DNA of 64,000 bases from Vulcanimicrobiota bacterium (lineage in GTDB: Bacteria; Vulcanimicrobiota; Vulcanimicrobiia; Vulcanimicrobiales; Vulcanimicrobiaceae): positions 224,001 to 288,000 of the forward strand of contig CAWHWQ010000005.1 of assembly GCA_963833095.1 (NCBI GenBank), given 5' to 3'. Shown piece after piece: positions 52,203 to 63,480 of the stretch. A program made the position numbers and the translations under genes. Under the pieces are notes generated by a model, which saw only the letters and a list, made by a program, of their open reading frames with translations, searched no databases and had not been told where the DNA came from. Each line of letters starts with the position of its first letter. The first letter of the stretch is position 1.

Positions 52203-52383
52203 TAGTAAGCCTCGCCGGATATTCCGCTGTTTATGTTGCACGCATCGTGTGCGCCGGCAAGGCGCGACGAGCGGCAAAAGCAGCGCTTTGCGAGCGAGGA
52301 GCAACGATCCCGGCGCACACGACACGGCAACCCGAAGGGCTGGGCCGAAGCATAAATAGTGGAATATCGGGCGAGGCTCACTA
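52203..52383. ncRNA. Predicted ~180-nt rod-like structured element in the miaA-hfq intergenic region (6S-like RNA, hfq leader or MITE; unresolved)
   Basis: 35-bp outer stem 52203-52237/52349-52383 and a perfect 13-bp inner stem 52245-52257/52310-52322. Confidence 0.5.
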
Positions 52384-52392
52384 ATTTGCTGT

Positions 52393-53289
52393 TTACGACC
52401 AACCGAGCTTTTCCCTTGCCACGCCTTCAATGAGCGCGGGCGACACCCACGTGATGCCCGGCTCGGCGCGGAACCACGAACGCTGGCGCCGCGCATAGCG
52501 CCGCGTTGCGCGCACAAGCGACGCACGTAGCTCGCTGTGCGTGTTCCATCCACGCAGGAACGCAAGCGCTTGCGGATAGCCGACGGCATTTGCCGCGAGC
52601 GCCGCCACACCGATGCGCTCGGCTTCATCGAGCAGTCCGCCGGCGAGCATCGCGTCCGCGCGGCGCTCGATGCGCTCGTCGATCGTCGCCATTGGCACGT
52701 CGAGTGCAAGCTTGACAAAGGCAATATCGGCTGAGCGCAGCGTTACTCCAGAGGCGGCATCCGGCGCTCTCTCCGGCGCAAGCGCGATCTCGAGCGCGCG
52801 CAGCACGCGATAGCCGTCGTTCGGATCGAGAGCGGCTGCGCGCCGCGGGTCGCGTGTTGCTAGCCACTCCCACAACACCGGCGCGGGGTGCGCGCGCGAC
52901 TCGCGCACGAGCCGCTCACGTAACACGTCGTCCCGTTGCGGCGCAAGCGTTACGTCGCCGGTCAACGCGCGAAGATAGAACCCTGTTCCGCCCACCACGA
53001 TTGCTCGACGCCCGCGTGCGTGGATCGCTTCGATCGCGCGAACCGCATCATGCGCGTACCGCGCAGCCGAATACCGTTCGTGTGGGTCGAGAAACGCAAT
53101 AAGATGATGCGGTGCGGCCTCCAGCTGCGCTGGGGTCGGCGCCGCGGTGCCGATCGGCATACCGCGATAGATCTGTCGCGAATCGGCGCCGACGATCTCC
53201 GCATCGAAGCGCTGCGCAAGATCGATCGCCAGATCGGTCTTTCCCGACGCCGTCGCTCCGGCGAGAACAAGAACGCCGAGCGCACGCAT
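52393..53289 (-). CDS. miaA: tRNA dimethylallyltransferase
   Basis: [23 protein letters not shown] and TRRYARRQ motifs. Confidence 0.96.
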   Translation of the reverse strand: MRALGVLVLAGATASGKTDLAIDLAQRFDAEIVGADSRQIYRGMPIGTAAPTPAQLEAAPHHLIAFLDPHERYSAARYAHDAVRAIEAIHARGRRAIVVGGTGFYLRALTGDVTLAPQRDDVLRERLVRESRAHPAPVLWEWLATRDPRRAAALDPNDGYRVLRALEIALAPERAPDAASGVTLRSADIAFVKLALDVPMATIDERIERRADAMLAGGLLDEAERIGVAALAANAVGYPQALAFLRGWNTHSELRASLVRATRRYARRQRSWFRAEPGITWVSPALIEGVAREKLGWS

Positions 53290-54980
53290 CAGATCCGTTT
53301 GAACATCTTGGCGATGTCGCTCGAAGCCAGGCGCACCATCGTCGGGCGGCCGTGCGGACAGTGCATCGGATTGGCGCACACGGCGAGCCGTTCGACCAAA
53401 CTCGTCATCTCGTCGAAGTCCAAGCGCTCCCCAGCAACGGTGACCGAGTGGCATGCCAGCGACGCCCAGATCCGCTCGCGCACGCTGCGCTGTTTTGGCT
53501 CCTCCGAAAGGTCGTCGAGAAATCCGGCCAGATCGAAGGCACGCGCCCGGTACCCGGCCGGCGTGGCAGTGATGCGGTACGCGCGCTCGCCGAACGGCTC
53601 GATGTCGAGGCCACCCTCGCGAAGCGGTTCGAGTGTCCTATGAAGCGCGACGCTCTGCTGCGCGTCGAGTTCGACCACGATCGGCACGAGCAGCGGTTCG
53701 CTCGGCGCACGTTCGCGGGCACGCTCGACGATCGATTCGTAGGCGATGCGCTCGTGTGCCGCATGCTGATCGAGCAACAAGAGTCCTTCGCCGTCACTTG
53801 CAAGGATGTACGTGCGATGCACCTGCGCAAGGACACGCATGCGATGGCCGGGGACGTCGCTTGCATCGCCAAGCGGCGCTTCGAAGAGCGCCTGCAGGTG
53901 CGGCAACGAGGTATCGATACCCTGCGGCGCGACCGAGAACGGCGTGGCTCCCGTAGAGTCGGCGAAGCGCGCCGTGGCATGATGATGGAGTGTTGCCGCT
54001 ATCGCGCGGCGCACGGCATCGAAGACCTGCGCGCCGTAACGCAACCGAACGTCACTTTTTGTCGGATGCACGTTCGGATCAACGTGTTCGGGCGGAAGAT
54101 CGAGCATCAGCACGCCATACGGTTGACGGCCGATCATCGCAAACGTCGCGTAGCCCGCGGTCCACGCGCCGGCGAGCAGCGTGCTGCGCAGCAATCGTCC
54201 GTTGACAAAAAGCAACTGCATGCGCCGATCGCCGCGGTCGTTCCCCGGCGCGCTAATGAACCCGCGCAGGCTACCGTCGAGCATGCGCGCCGCTTCCGGC
54301 TCGAGCGGAATCAAACCAGCAGCCGCTTCGCGTCCGAAGACCATGGCCAAACGTTCGCGCGGATCGCCGGTCGCAGGCAGCACCCACACGTCTCGGCCGT
54401 CGTGCCGCAGGGTGAACGTGACGTTTGGATAGGCGAGCGCGAAGGTCGAAAGCCAGCTCGAAATACGGGTAAATTCGGCGCTGGCGCCTTTGAGATATTC
54501 GCGGCGAACCGGGACGTTGGCGAAGAGTTCCGTCACGACGGCTCGCGTGCCCGGCGCTGTCGCAACCGGCTCGACCGGCCCCGCAGCCTCGGCGTGCGCG
54601 ATGATACGCGAGCCGATCTGTTCGCCCGCTGTCCGAGAGTGCAACTCCAGATGCGCGACCGCCGCGATTGACGCGAGACCCTCGCCGCGAAACCCGAGCG
54701 TCGCAACCGATTCGAGATCCTCCGCGCGCGTCAGCTTGCTGGTCGCGTGACGACGCGCGGCGAGTTCAAGGTCGCCGGAGGCAATGCCGTTCCCGTCGTC
54801 GATCACCTCGATACGCTCGGTGCCCCCGCGCTCGAGCACGACGGTCACACGCGACGCGCCGGCGTCGACCGCGTTCTCGACCAACTCTTTGACGATCGAT
54901 TGTGGCCGTTCGATAACCTCGCCGGCCGCAATCTGTCCCACCGTCACGGGATCGAGAAGATGGATCGAGGTCGCGTGCAT
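53289..54980 (-). CDS. mutL: DNA mismatch repair endonuclease MutL
   Basis: IAAGEVIERP, GFRGEGL, DQHAAHER and CPHGRP motifs. Confidence 0.97.
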   Translation of the reverse strand: MHATSIHLLDPVTVGQIAAGEVIERPQSIVKELVENAVDAGASRVTVVLERGGTERIEVIDDGNGIASGDLELAARRHATSKLTRAEDLESVATLGFRGEGLASIAAVAHLELHSRTAGEQIGSRIIAHAEAAGPVEPVATAPGTRAVVTELFANVPVRREYLKGASAEFTRISSWLSTFALAYPNVTFTLRHDGRDVWVLPATGDPRERLAMVFGREAAAGLIPLEPEAARMLDGSLRGFISAPGNDRGDRRMQLLFVNGRLLRSTLLAGAWTAGYATFAMIGRQPYGVLMLDLPPEHVDPNVHPTKSDVRLRYGAQVFDAVRRAIAATLHHHATARFADSTGATPFSVAPQGIDTSLPHLQALFEAPLGDASDVPGHRMRVLAQVHRTYILASDGEGLLLLDQHAAHERIAYESIVERARERAPSEPLLVPIVVELDAQQSVALHRTLEPLREGGLDIEPFGERAYRITATPAGYRARAFDLAGFLDDLSEEPKQRSVRERIWASLACHSVTVAGERLDFDEMTSLVERLAVCANPMHCPHGRPTMVRLASSDIAKMFKRI

Positions 54981-55022
54981 GCCGGGCGTATTCGCCCGGC
55001 ATGCCGATTTCCCGCGTGAGGC

Positions 55023-56183
55023 CTAGATCGGCCCGATCGGAAGCGGCAACCAGATCAGCCCATTCCACGTGGGCTTTTGCTGCTGGTTGAACGCTGCTTC
55101 CACGTAGATGAAGACAAAGCGCATGACGTGATAGGACGCGTCGATGTTGCCGATCTGCAGTTGATTACCCATGCCGTCATTAGTGAATTGCTTGCCGATC
55201 GAAAGCATGCCGCGCTGGCCGATGTTATCGTAGATTTCCAACGATGCGCCGTTGCTCGCGGCGGGCGGCGCACCGCTCCCGGGGTTGCCGTCGTAGGCCA
55301 TTTGATACGTCACCAAAACACCGGGGATATAATGGACCGGATCGCGCTCGACGTAAAGCGTGTTGCTGTAGTACTGATCGAAGCCGCCCTCGGCTAATGG
55401 CCAACTCCCACGTGTGCCGACGTACCCGGCTTCGAGCGGTTTTTTCGGATTCGCAAAAGCGACTTGATATTCCAGCGTCTTGTCGGTATCGCCGCTGTAG
55501 TCATTGAAGCCGGAGATATCGGCAGTCGATGTGAGATAGGCAACCTGACCGTAAAACGAGCCGCGGTCGTACACGAACTTCGAACCCCACCGGTTCGCGT
55601 CGAGTTGATAGGCGTGTTCGCCGACCGTCATCTCGGCTGGCGAGTTGATCGTAAGACCAGTCACGTCGAACCACTGGCTGTACTCCGAGGGCCCCGGTGA
55701 CTCGACTTTTCCGACGAAGAGGTGCCCCGAACGGCCGAGCAGATTGTGATATGCAACCCACGCCGTATCGAGCCCACCCGCCTGATTGCCCTCCCAGAGC
55801 CATTGTTGCACGTGGTAGCTCCAATTGGTAACACCCGGACCGATAGTTCCGTCGGCGTGAATGCCGAGATTGCCGCCTTGCCACTGCGCCGCGTTGGGCG
55901 TTTGTTCGGTATACGTCGTCGAATAGTCGACCCACAACGGGTACTCTTTTTTGAGCACGTGCGGATTGAGCGCAGCATAGCCGGTTCGCTGAATATACCG
56001 TCCGTACGCATTGAGCGCGGGTACTTGTGTGTGACAGACGGAACACTGTACGCCATACGCTTGCGCAAAATTTGGCATCGCCTGTGCCTTAGGCGTGAGC
56101 GCAACGAAAAGCACGGCCAGCGCTACGGCGGCTCGGACGACGAATCGCGCAAATCTATCCCGGAAGCGCAACGGCATATACAT
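55023..56183 (-). CDS. Cyc2-like fused monoheme cytochrome-porin
   Basis: Signal peptide, then AMPNFAQAYGVQCSVCHTQVPALNAYGRYIQRTGY, followed by an aromatic-rich beta-strand region. Confidence 0.72.
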   Translation of the reverse strand: MYMPLRFRDRFARFVVRAAVALAVLFVALTPKAQAMPNFAQAYGVQCSVCHTQVPALNAYGRYIQRTGYAALNPHVLKKEYPLWVDYSTTYTEQTPNAAQWQGGNLGIHADGTIGPGVTNWSYHVQQWLWEGNQAGGLDTAWVAYHNLLGRSGHLFVGKVESPGPSEYSQWFDVTGLTINSPAEMTVGEHAYQLDANRWGSKFVYDRGSFYGQVAYLTSTADISGFNDYSGDTDKTLEYQVAFANPKKPLEAGYVGTRGSWPLAEGGFDQYYSNTLYVERDPVHYIPGVLVTYQMAYDGNPGSGAPPAASNGASLEIYDNIGQRGMLSIGKQFTNDGMGNQLQIGNIDASYHVMRFVFIYVEAAFNQQQKPTWNGLIWLPLPIGPI

Positions 56184-56293
56184 CTCCTCGAACGTCTAGC
56201 GACCTAAAGCAAGCCTACCCGCGGCATCTTCCGCGAAGACGAAGAACTTGTGAACGATTGAAGAATACACTGGTACGAACTGAGGGTCACACG

Positions 56294-57313
56294 TTGAAAA
56301 GCCGCACCACACTGGTCGTACTCGCGGTCGGCATCTTCGCCGGCTTGACGCTCGCCAATTTTGGAACCAATGCCGCGCGAGGGCAAACCGACGGCAAGTC
56401 CGTCTATCTCGCCAAATGCTCCGCGTGCCATCAAGCAAGTGGTCAAGGCCTCGGTCCGTTTCCGCCCTTGGCCGGTAATCCCGACGTTACCAAAGCCGAC
56501 AGTTCCAATATCGTCGCGACCGTTCTGAACGGACGCACGGGACCGATCACGGTCAACGGCAAGCAGTACGGCGGAAATATGCCGGCATGGCGCGGTCAAC
56601 TCTCCAATGCGCAGATTGCTTCCGTGCTCACCTACATTCGCTCCGCGTGGAGCAATAAAGCACCGGCCGTTTCCGAAGATCAAGTCGCCGCTGCGAGCGC
56701 GCCCAAAGCCTTGAGCGGTGCCGCGTTGTTCGCAACGAAATGCGCGACGTGCCATCAAGCCGCGGGTCAAGGAACCGACGCGTTTCCGCCGCTCGCGGGC
56801 AACCCCGTCGTTACCGCCGCCGACCCCAAGCCGATGATCGCCATTATCGTCAACGGCCGTTCGGGACCACTGACCGTCAACGGTAAGACGTTCAACGGAA
56901 AAATGCCGACCTGGAAGGGGCAGCTCACCAACGCCGACATCGCTGCGGTTGCAAGCTTCGTTCGCTCCGCGTGGGGCAACAACGCTTCGCCCGTGACCGA
57001 GCAAGAAGTCGCCACCGCGGGTGCGCCCGTTTCGCAGGAAGTCGGAGCGTCGGTTTATGCAACGCACTGTGCAACCTGCCATGATGCTAGCGGCAAAGGC
57101 GGCGCGGGCCCCGCGCTCGCAGGTGACACGTTCGTTACCGCATCCGACCCAGCCGTGCTGATCAAGACGATCGAACAAGGACGCAACCTCATGCCATCGT
57201 GGCGAGGCCAGCTCTCCGCAAGCGATATCGCGGCGGTCGCAACGTACATTCGATCGGCGTGGGGTAACAAAGCGAGTCCGGTAACACCGGATGACGTAAC
57301 CGCAATCAAGTAG
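56294..57313 (+). CDS. Secreted triheme cytochrome c (three tandem class I domains)
   Basis: Signal peptide; CSACH, CATCH, CATCH, each followed by an MP axial-Met motif and (I/V)RSAW. Confidence 0.9.
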   Translation: MKSRTTLVVLAVGIFAGLTLANFGTNAARGQTDGKSVYLAKCSACHQASGQGLGPFPPLAGNPDVTKADSSNIVATVLNGRTGPITVNGKQYGGNMPAWRGQLSNAQIASVLTYIRSAWSNKAPAVSEDQVAAASAPKALSGAALFATKCATCHQAAGQGTDAFPPLAGNPVVTAADPKPMIAIIVNGRSGPLTVNGKTFNGKMPTWKGQLTNADIAAVASFVRSAWGNNASPVTEQEVATAGAPVSQEVGASVYATHCATCHDASGKGGAGPALAGDTFVTASDPAVLIKTIEQGRNLMPSWRGQLSASDIAAVATYIRSAWGNKASPVTPDDVTAIK

Positions 57314-57413
57314 TCGGCTCATCCATGGAACCAACCGTAACACCGCGCCCGCCCCCGGCGATATCGTGCTTTCCGGGGATGAAACGGCGTTGGACGTCTC
57401 CGCGGTTCTCTAC

Positions 57414-59923
57414 TTATTCAAGGTTCAGGAAGGACAATTGCTCTTCTGCCTCGCCGGCGCGGGACAGTCGGCGCCGTAGCGGGGCGGTTTGTTCGACGTC
57501 GGGTTGGCCGGAGAGGGCATCCGCGATTTCCTGGGCCCGCTCGACGACTGCCGGCGGCAATCCGGCCATGCGCGCAACCTCGATACCGAAGGAACGCGAG
57601 GAGCTCCCCGGCTGAACGCGATGCGAGAAGACCGGGGCCCCGTCGCGCGCGGTGTTCTCGACCGCGGTAATATGGTAGTTGGCGACCAGCGGCCAGTGGT
57701 CGGCCAGCGCGCACAACTCGTGGAAGTGCGTGGCGAAGAGCGCCATCGGCGCTTGCGCGTCGAGCCCGAGCAAGATACTCGCAGATCGCCTGCGCGATCG
57801 CGAGGCCGTCGATCGTGCCGGTGCCGCGGCCGACCTCATCGATGAGCAGCAGCGAGCGGCGCGTGCTGCGGCGCAAGATGTTCGCCGCTTCGGCCATCTC
57901 CATATAGAAGGTCGATTGTCCCGAAGCCAGATCGTCGCCGGCGCCGATGCGCGTGAAGATGCGGTCGACGATGCCGAGCGCGCATCGCTTTTGCCGGGAC
58001 GTAACGAACCGATCTGCGCCATGATCGTCAGCAGGCCGGCCTGCCGCAGATACGTCGACTTGCCGCCCATGTTCGGGCCGGTCAGTAGAGATGAAGCGGT
58101 GGGTCGCCGGCTCGCAGACGCAAATCGTTGGGAACGAAGTGCGCATGCAGCAGCGCCTCCATGACCGGATGGCGGCCGTCTTCGATCGCGATGGTGCTTT
58201 CGTCGACGAACTGCGGGCGCACGTACCCGCGCTCGGCGGCGCATTGCGCGAGCGCGCCAAAGACATCGAGCTGGGCCACCGCGTCGGCGGCAGCGAGCAA
58301 ATCGTCAGCGCTGGCCGCGACGCGCTCGAGCAGCTCGGCGTAGAGTCGCTCTTCCAGTCGCTGTTGGCGCGACTGCGCGGTCGAGATCGCGGGTTCGAGT
58401 TCTTTGAGCTCCGGCGTGACGTAGCGTTCGCCGTTCGTCAGCGTCTGCTTGCGCACGTAGTCGGCGGGCACGTTAGCGGCCTGCGCTTTGCTGATCTCGA
58501 TCGCGTAGCCGAACGCGCTAGCGTACTTGATCTTGCAGGGACTTGATGCCGGTGCGCTCCCGCTCGCGCTCCTCGAGCTGCCGAGAGGCTCGAGCGCGCG
58601 TCGGTGCGCAAGCGCGACGCATTCGCGCAAGTTCGGCACGGCTTCGGGCCGAATGACGCCGCCGTCGGCGAGCTGCGCCGGCGGTTCGTCGACCAGCGTT
58701 CGCTGCGAGATCGTCATGCAGGTCGCGCAGAAGTCGCCGAGCGTTCGCGACGATCGCGGCGAGCGCCGGGGGCGCGACTTGCGCGCAGGGGACGCAGCAC
58801 GTCGAGCGTGCGCCGCAGCGACGCGAGATCGCGCGGCAGACGCGCGCCGGAAGCGCACCTTCTGTGCGATGCGTTCCAAATCGAAGCATCCGGCGAGCAA
58901 CTCGCGGATCGCTTCGCGACGCGCGTGCTCGTCGAGTAACGCTGCACCGCATCCTGTCGTCCGACGATCGTCGTCGCGATCGACCAGCGGTGCTGAGGAT
59001 CCAGCGCGCCGAGCATCCGCGAGCCCATCGACGTCGCGCAGCGGTCGAGCGTCGCGAGCAGCGTCGCGCGCGGATTCTGGCCTTGTGCCCTGGTCAGTTC
59101 GAGATGCTTGCGCGTCGCGGGATCGAGCGCCAGGAAGTTGCGATGACGATAAAACTGCGGCACCGCGCGCAGGCTCTCACCGTTACCGGCGATCGCCGTA
59201 CGCTTGACGAATCCGCCGAGCGCGTCGAGCGCGCGATGCATCGCCAGCGATTCGTCCGAGTGAGAAGCCGTCGACGACAATGCCGCTCGCGTGCATCCAC
59301 CAGGCCGAGCGGCGGCGCGGCAATGCGCGCGCCACTCGCTTCGAGCGCGCCGCGACATCGCGCGCGCACGCCCGCCGGCACGTCGGCGACGATCTCCGCC
59401 GGGCCGACGCGCGCGAGTTCGGCTAGCACTTCGTCGTACGCGTCCTCGGCCCGACATCGCGGTCGCGGCGCCGTGCCCGGTCGAAACGTCGGCGTAGGCC
59501 AAGGCGAACGCGTCATCGACCGCCGCGACGGCCGCCAGGTAGTTGTGTGCTTTGCCGTCGAGCAACTGCTCTTCGATCAAGCGTGCCGGGCGTGACGATG
59601 CGCACGACGTCGCGCCGCACCAACTTGTTCGGCATCGGGGCTTCGAGCTGTTCGGCGAGCGCGACGATAAAGCGCTGCGCGACGAGCTTGTGCAGGTAGC
59701 CCGCGAGCGCGTGATGCGGCACGCCGGCCATCGCGACGCGCTGGCCGCCGCCGGCTCCTTGCTGGTCAGCGCGATCTGCAGCGCCCGCGCGATCGTCTTC
59801 GGCGTCGTCGCCGTACGCTTCGTAAAAATCGCCGACGCGCGAGAGCAGGATCGCCTCGGGATGCTTAGTTTTCATCCCGAAGTACTGCTCGAGCATCGGC
59901 GAGTACTTGATTGTGTCGGTCAT
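57414..59923 (-). CDS. mutS: DNA mismatch repair protein MutS (multiple frameshifts, likely consensus errors)
   Basis: SPMLEQY...[52 protein letters not shown] and ATHFHEL across frames. Confidence 0.94.
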
Positions 59924-61359
59924 GCCAGGCGCGCTAGCCCGCTGACGAGATCGATCACCGGCGCGGCGACGGCCGTGCCCACATCGTCGAAACGCGCGGC
60001 GCGGCGCGACGATCGTGCCGGTGCAGCCCCACACGTGCGCGCGTCTCGATCGCGATATCGAGCCACGGCTCGCGCGCGTAGAGCGTCTCGTCGTAATCCG
60101 GCGGCATAGGGGCGATCACGGTCACGTTGTCGAGCGTTTTGGCGGCGAGTTTCGCGGGATCTTTTTTCGAGGGACCTTGGATCAGCGCGCGGACGCGTCG
60201 TGCCGATCTTGCGATCGTGATACGCGCGCGTCGCCGCATTCTGCGCGTCGAGCAACCGTGCGAAGCGCGCGCGCGGACACCTCGCCTGGCACTTGCTCCC
60301 AGTGCGCGGCCGGCGTGCCGCGCCGGATGGAATAGATGAACGTGAACGCATTGGCAAACACCTCGTTGGTAACGCAACTCGAGCGTTGCCTCGAAATCGG
60401 CGTCGGTCTCGCCCGGGAACCCGACGATGATATCGGTCGTGATCGCCCAGTCCGGAAGATAGCGCCGAAACAGTGCGAGCCTTTCTTCGAACTGCGCGCG
60501 GCGTGTACTTGCGGTTCATCCGGCGCAGCATCGCGTCGCTGCCCGATTGCAGCGGCAGATGCACGCGCGGATTGAGCTGCGGCACGTGGCGCCAGATCCG
60601 CGATGATCTTTTCGGTAAAATCCTTGGGATGCGGCGAGATGAACGTCAGGCGCTCGAGCCCCGGAATGCGGCGACCGGCTTGCAGAGATCGCCGAAATCG
60701 GCGCCGGTCGCGGGATCGCTCCAGGCGTTGACGGTCTGCCCGACCAGCATGACCTCGCGCGCGCCGCTCGCGATGTGTGTCGCGCACTTCGGCGACGATC
60801 TCGCGCATCGGGCGGTGATCGAAGCGGCCGCGCACGTGCGGCACGATGCAGAACGTGCAGTAGTACGAACAGCCGCGCTGCACGGTGACGAACGCGCGCA
60901 GATGCGAGAACGCGTCGACGACGCGCGTCGGCCGTGCCGCCGATGGCCCGAAACGACGCTTCAGCGCTTCGCATCGTCTTGTTCCGGCGCATCGGCGAAG
61001 TCCGGCTGCCACGCTGCGAGCTGATCGCCGAGCTGCACCAGTTCTTTGCGTGCCGAAGACCGCGTCGACGTGTGGCGCAAGCTTCTGCATGCGATCGCGA
61101 TCTTGTTCGGCCAGGCAGCCCATCACGACCAGGCGCACCGCGGATCGCGCGTCTTTGAGCACCTTGAAGTGCTCCATCCGCCCGTAGGCGCGCCGCTCGG
61201 CGTTGTCGCGCACGGTGCACGTGTTGAGCACGAGCACGTTGGCGTCTTCCGGCCTTGGTCGCGATCTCATAGCCGGCCGAGTTGCGCGCGGTCGGCGATG
61301 TACTGCGAGTCGGCCTCATTCATCTGACAGCCGAACGTTTCGATGTAGATCCTCGCCAT
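59920..61359 (-). CDS. miaB: tRNA methylthiotransferase MiaB (multiple frameshifts)
   Basis: [33 protein letters not shown] and HLPLQSGS motifs. Confidence 0.93.
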
Positions 61360-61438
61360 ATAGGACCGCGGGGTGGGTTCTAGGGGCGTTACTCCGAATC
61401 ATGGGCCAGTGCAAGAGACTCCGACCCCGGCGGGCACC

Positions 61439-62814
61439 ATGCTCCGCCCGGCAACCGTCGCCATCGTCGGCCGTCCGAACGTCGGAAAGAGCGCCCTCTT
61501 CAACCGCTTGATCGGCCAGCGCCTCGCGATCGTCGAGGACACGCCGGGCGTTACCCGCGACCGGCTTTACGCGCTGTGCGAGTGGCGCGGGCGCACCTTC
61601 AGCATGGTCGACACGGCCGGCATCGATCCGGACGCCGATGCCGCGCACGGCGAAGTCTTCGCCGAAGCAACGCGCCGCCAAGCCGAAGCCGCGGCGCCGA
61701 AGCCGACGTAATCGTGTTCGTCGTCGATGCGCAGGGCGGATTGCATCCGCTCGACGAAGACGTCGCGCAGATTTTGCGCGCAACGCGACGCCGAATCGTA
61801 TTGGTCGCAAATAAATCCGAGTCGCCGAGCGCGCTTGCCTCGGTGCACGGCGAATTTTCGCGTCTGGGATTCGGCGAGCCGGTCGCCGTTTCGGCGATCC
61901 ACGGCGAAGGCACCGGCGATCTGCTCGATCGCGTCGTCGACCTGCTTCCGCCCGACGCGCCGAACGCCGTGCTCGGCGAGCGAGCTCGCGCTCGCGATCA
62001 TCGGCCGTCCGAACGTCGGCAAGAGCTCGCTGCTCAACGCGCTGCTCGGTGAAGAGCGCGCGATCGTCTCCGAGGTTCCCGGAACGACGCGCGACGCGAT
62101 CGACACGCTGCTCCACTGGCAACGATCGCACGATCCGGCTGATCGACACCGCCGGCGTACGCAAGAAACCCGAAGCGCACGGCGCGATCGAATACTACGC
62201 GGCGCTGCGCTCGCTCAAAGCCATCTCGCGCTGCGACATCGCGCTGCTGGTCTTCGATTCGATGGTCGGCGTTACGGCGCAAGACCGTCGTCTCGCCGGC
62301 ATCGCGATCGAAGAGCGCAAAGGCCTGATCATCGTCGGAAACAAGTGGGATCTCGCGCGCGAGCAACAGGGCGAATTCAGCCAGAACGAACTCGCCGACG
62401 TCGATTCACGATCTGATTCCGTTCGCGCGATTCGCGCCGATCACGTTTCTTTCGGCCAAGACGCAAACGCCGCTTGGGCAGCCTGATGCCGCTCGTCGAA
62501 CCGCGTCGCAGAAAATCTCGACCGCCGCATTCCGACCGCGCAGTTGAACGCGTTGATCCGCGACGCGGTGCTCGCGCATCCGCGCGCCCGCGCTCAGCGG
62601 CAAGCTGTTCAAGGTATATTACGCGACCCAGCCGGCGACGCATCCGCCGCTCTTCGTCTTCTCCTGCAACGATCCCGAACTCGTGCAGCCGTCACTACAA
62701 GCGGTTCTTGGAAAACACGATTCGCCAACAGTTCGATTTCGAGGGCGTTCCGCTCACGCTCGAATTTCGGCCGCGACGCGGAGAAGACGAGGCGACGGAC
62801 GCGAGCTACTGTGA
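61439..62814 (+). CDS. der: Ribosome biogenesis GTPase Der/EngA (multiple frameshifts; end approximate)
   Basis: Two GRPNVGKS G1 motifs, DTAG twice, and a C-terminal [19 protein letters not shown]. Confidence 0.93.
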
Positions 62815-63445
62815 TTCTCGGCGCATCATGCTGCCGATCGTCGCATTTTTGATTGGTTCGATTCCGTTCGGGTATCTGATCGGACGCTTCGTCTATCGCA
62901 CCGATATGCGCCAACACGGCTCCGGCAATATCGGTGCGATGAACGCGCTGCGCACGCTCGGCAAAAGCGGCGCCGTCGCGGTGCTGTTGCTCGATGCCGC
63001 CAAAGGCGTCGTCCGTCGCCGCGTGCGCGCATCGTACGCGGTATCACGTTCGGCGTCCACACCACGGATCTCTGCAAGCATCGCGGGTGCCTGTGCCGTG
63101 CTCGGACATTGCTTCTCACCTTGGCTGGGGTGGAAAGGCGGCAAGGGCGTTGCGACCGCGTTCGGCGCGATCTTCGCACTCTGTTGGCCGGCTGGGCTGG
63201 TCTGCGTCGGCGCCTGGCTGTTCGGCGCGCTTGTCGTTACACGCTACTCGTCGGTCGGGTCGATGCTCGCCATGATCGTCGCACCGTTCGCGCTGTACGG
63301 TTCTACACGCTCGCCGGCGCAGACGCTCTACGGCGCCTTCATTGCCCTGCTTATCCTGTTGACGCATCGCGAAAACATCGCTCGACTGCGCCCGGGGACC
63401 GAGGGGCCGATCGGCCTGTTTGAGCGCAAGGTCCCTCTCGCCTAG
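62811..63445 (+). CDS. plsY: Glycerol-3-phosphate acyltransferase PlsY (start approximate)
   Basis: GSIPFG, GSGNIGAMN, KGGKGVAT and HRENIARL motifs. Confidence 0.93.
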
Positions 63446-63480
63446 GAACCCTATGCGCGGGACCCGTATAGACGCGGGTC

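Noticed and set aside
62474..63445. Apparent Der-PlsY fusion ORF
   Set aside because: Lies in an indel-rich block; a GTGA start/stop overlap at 62811-62814 suggests two normal genes.
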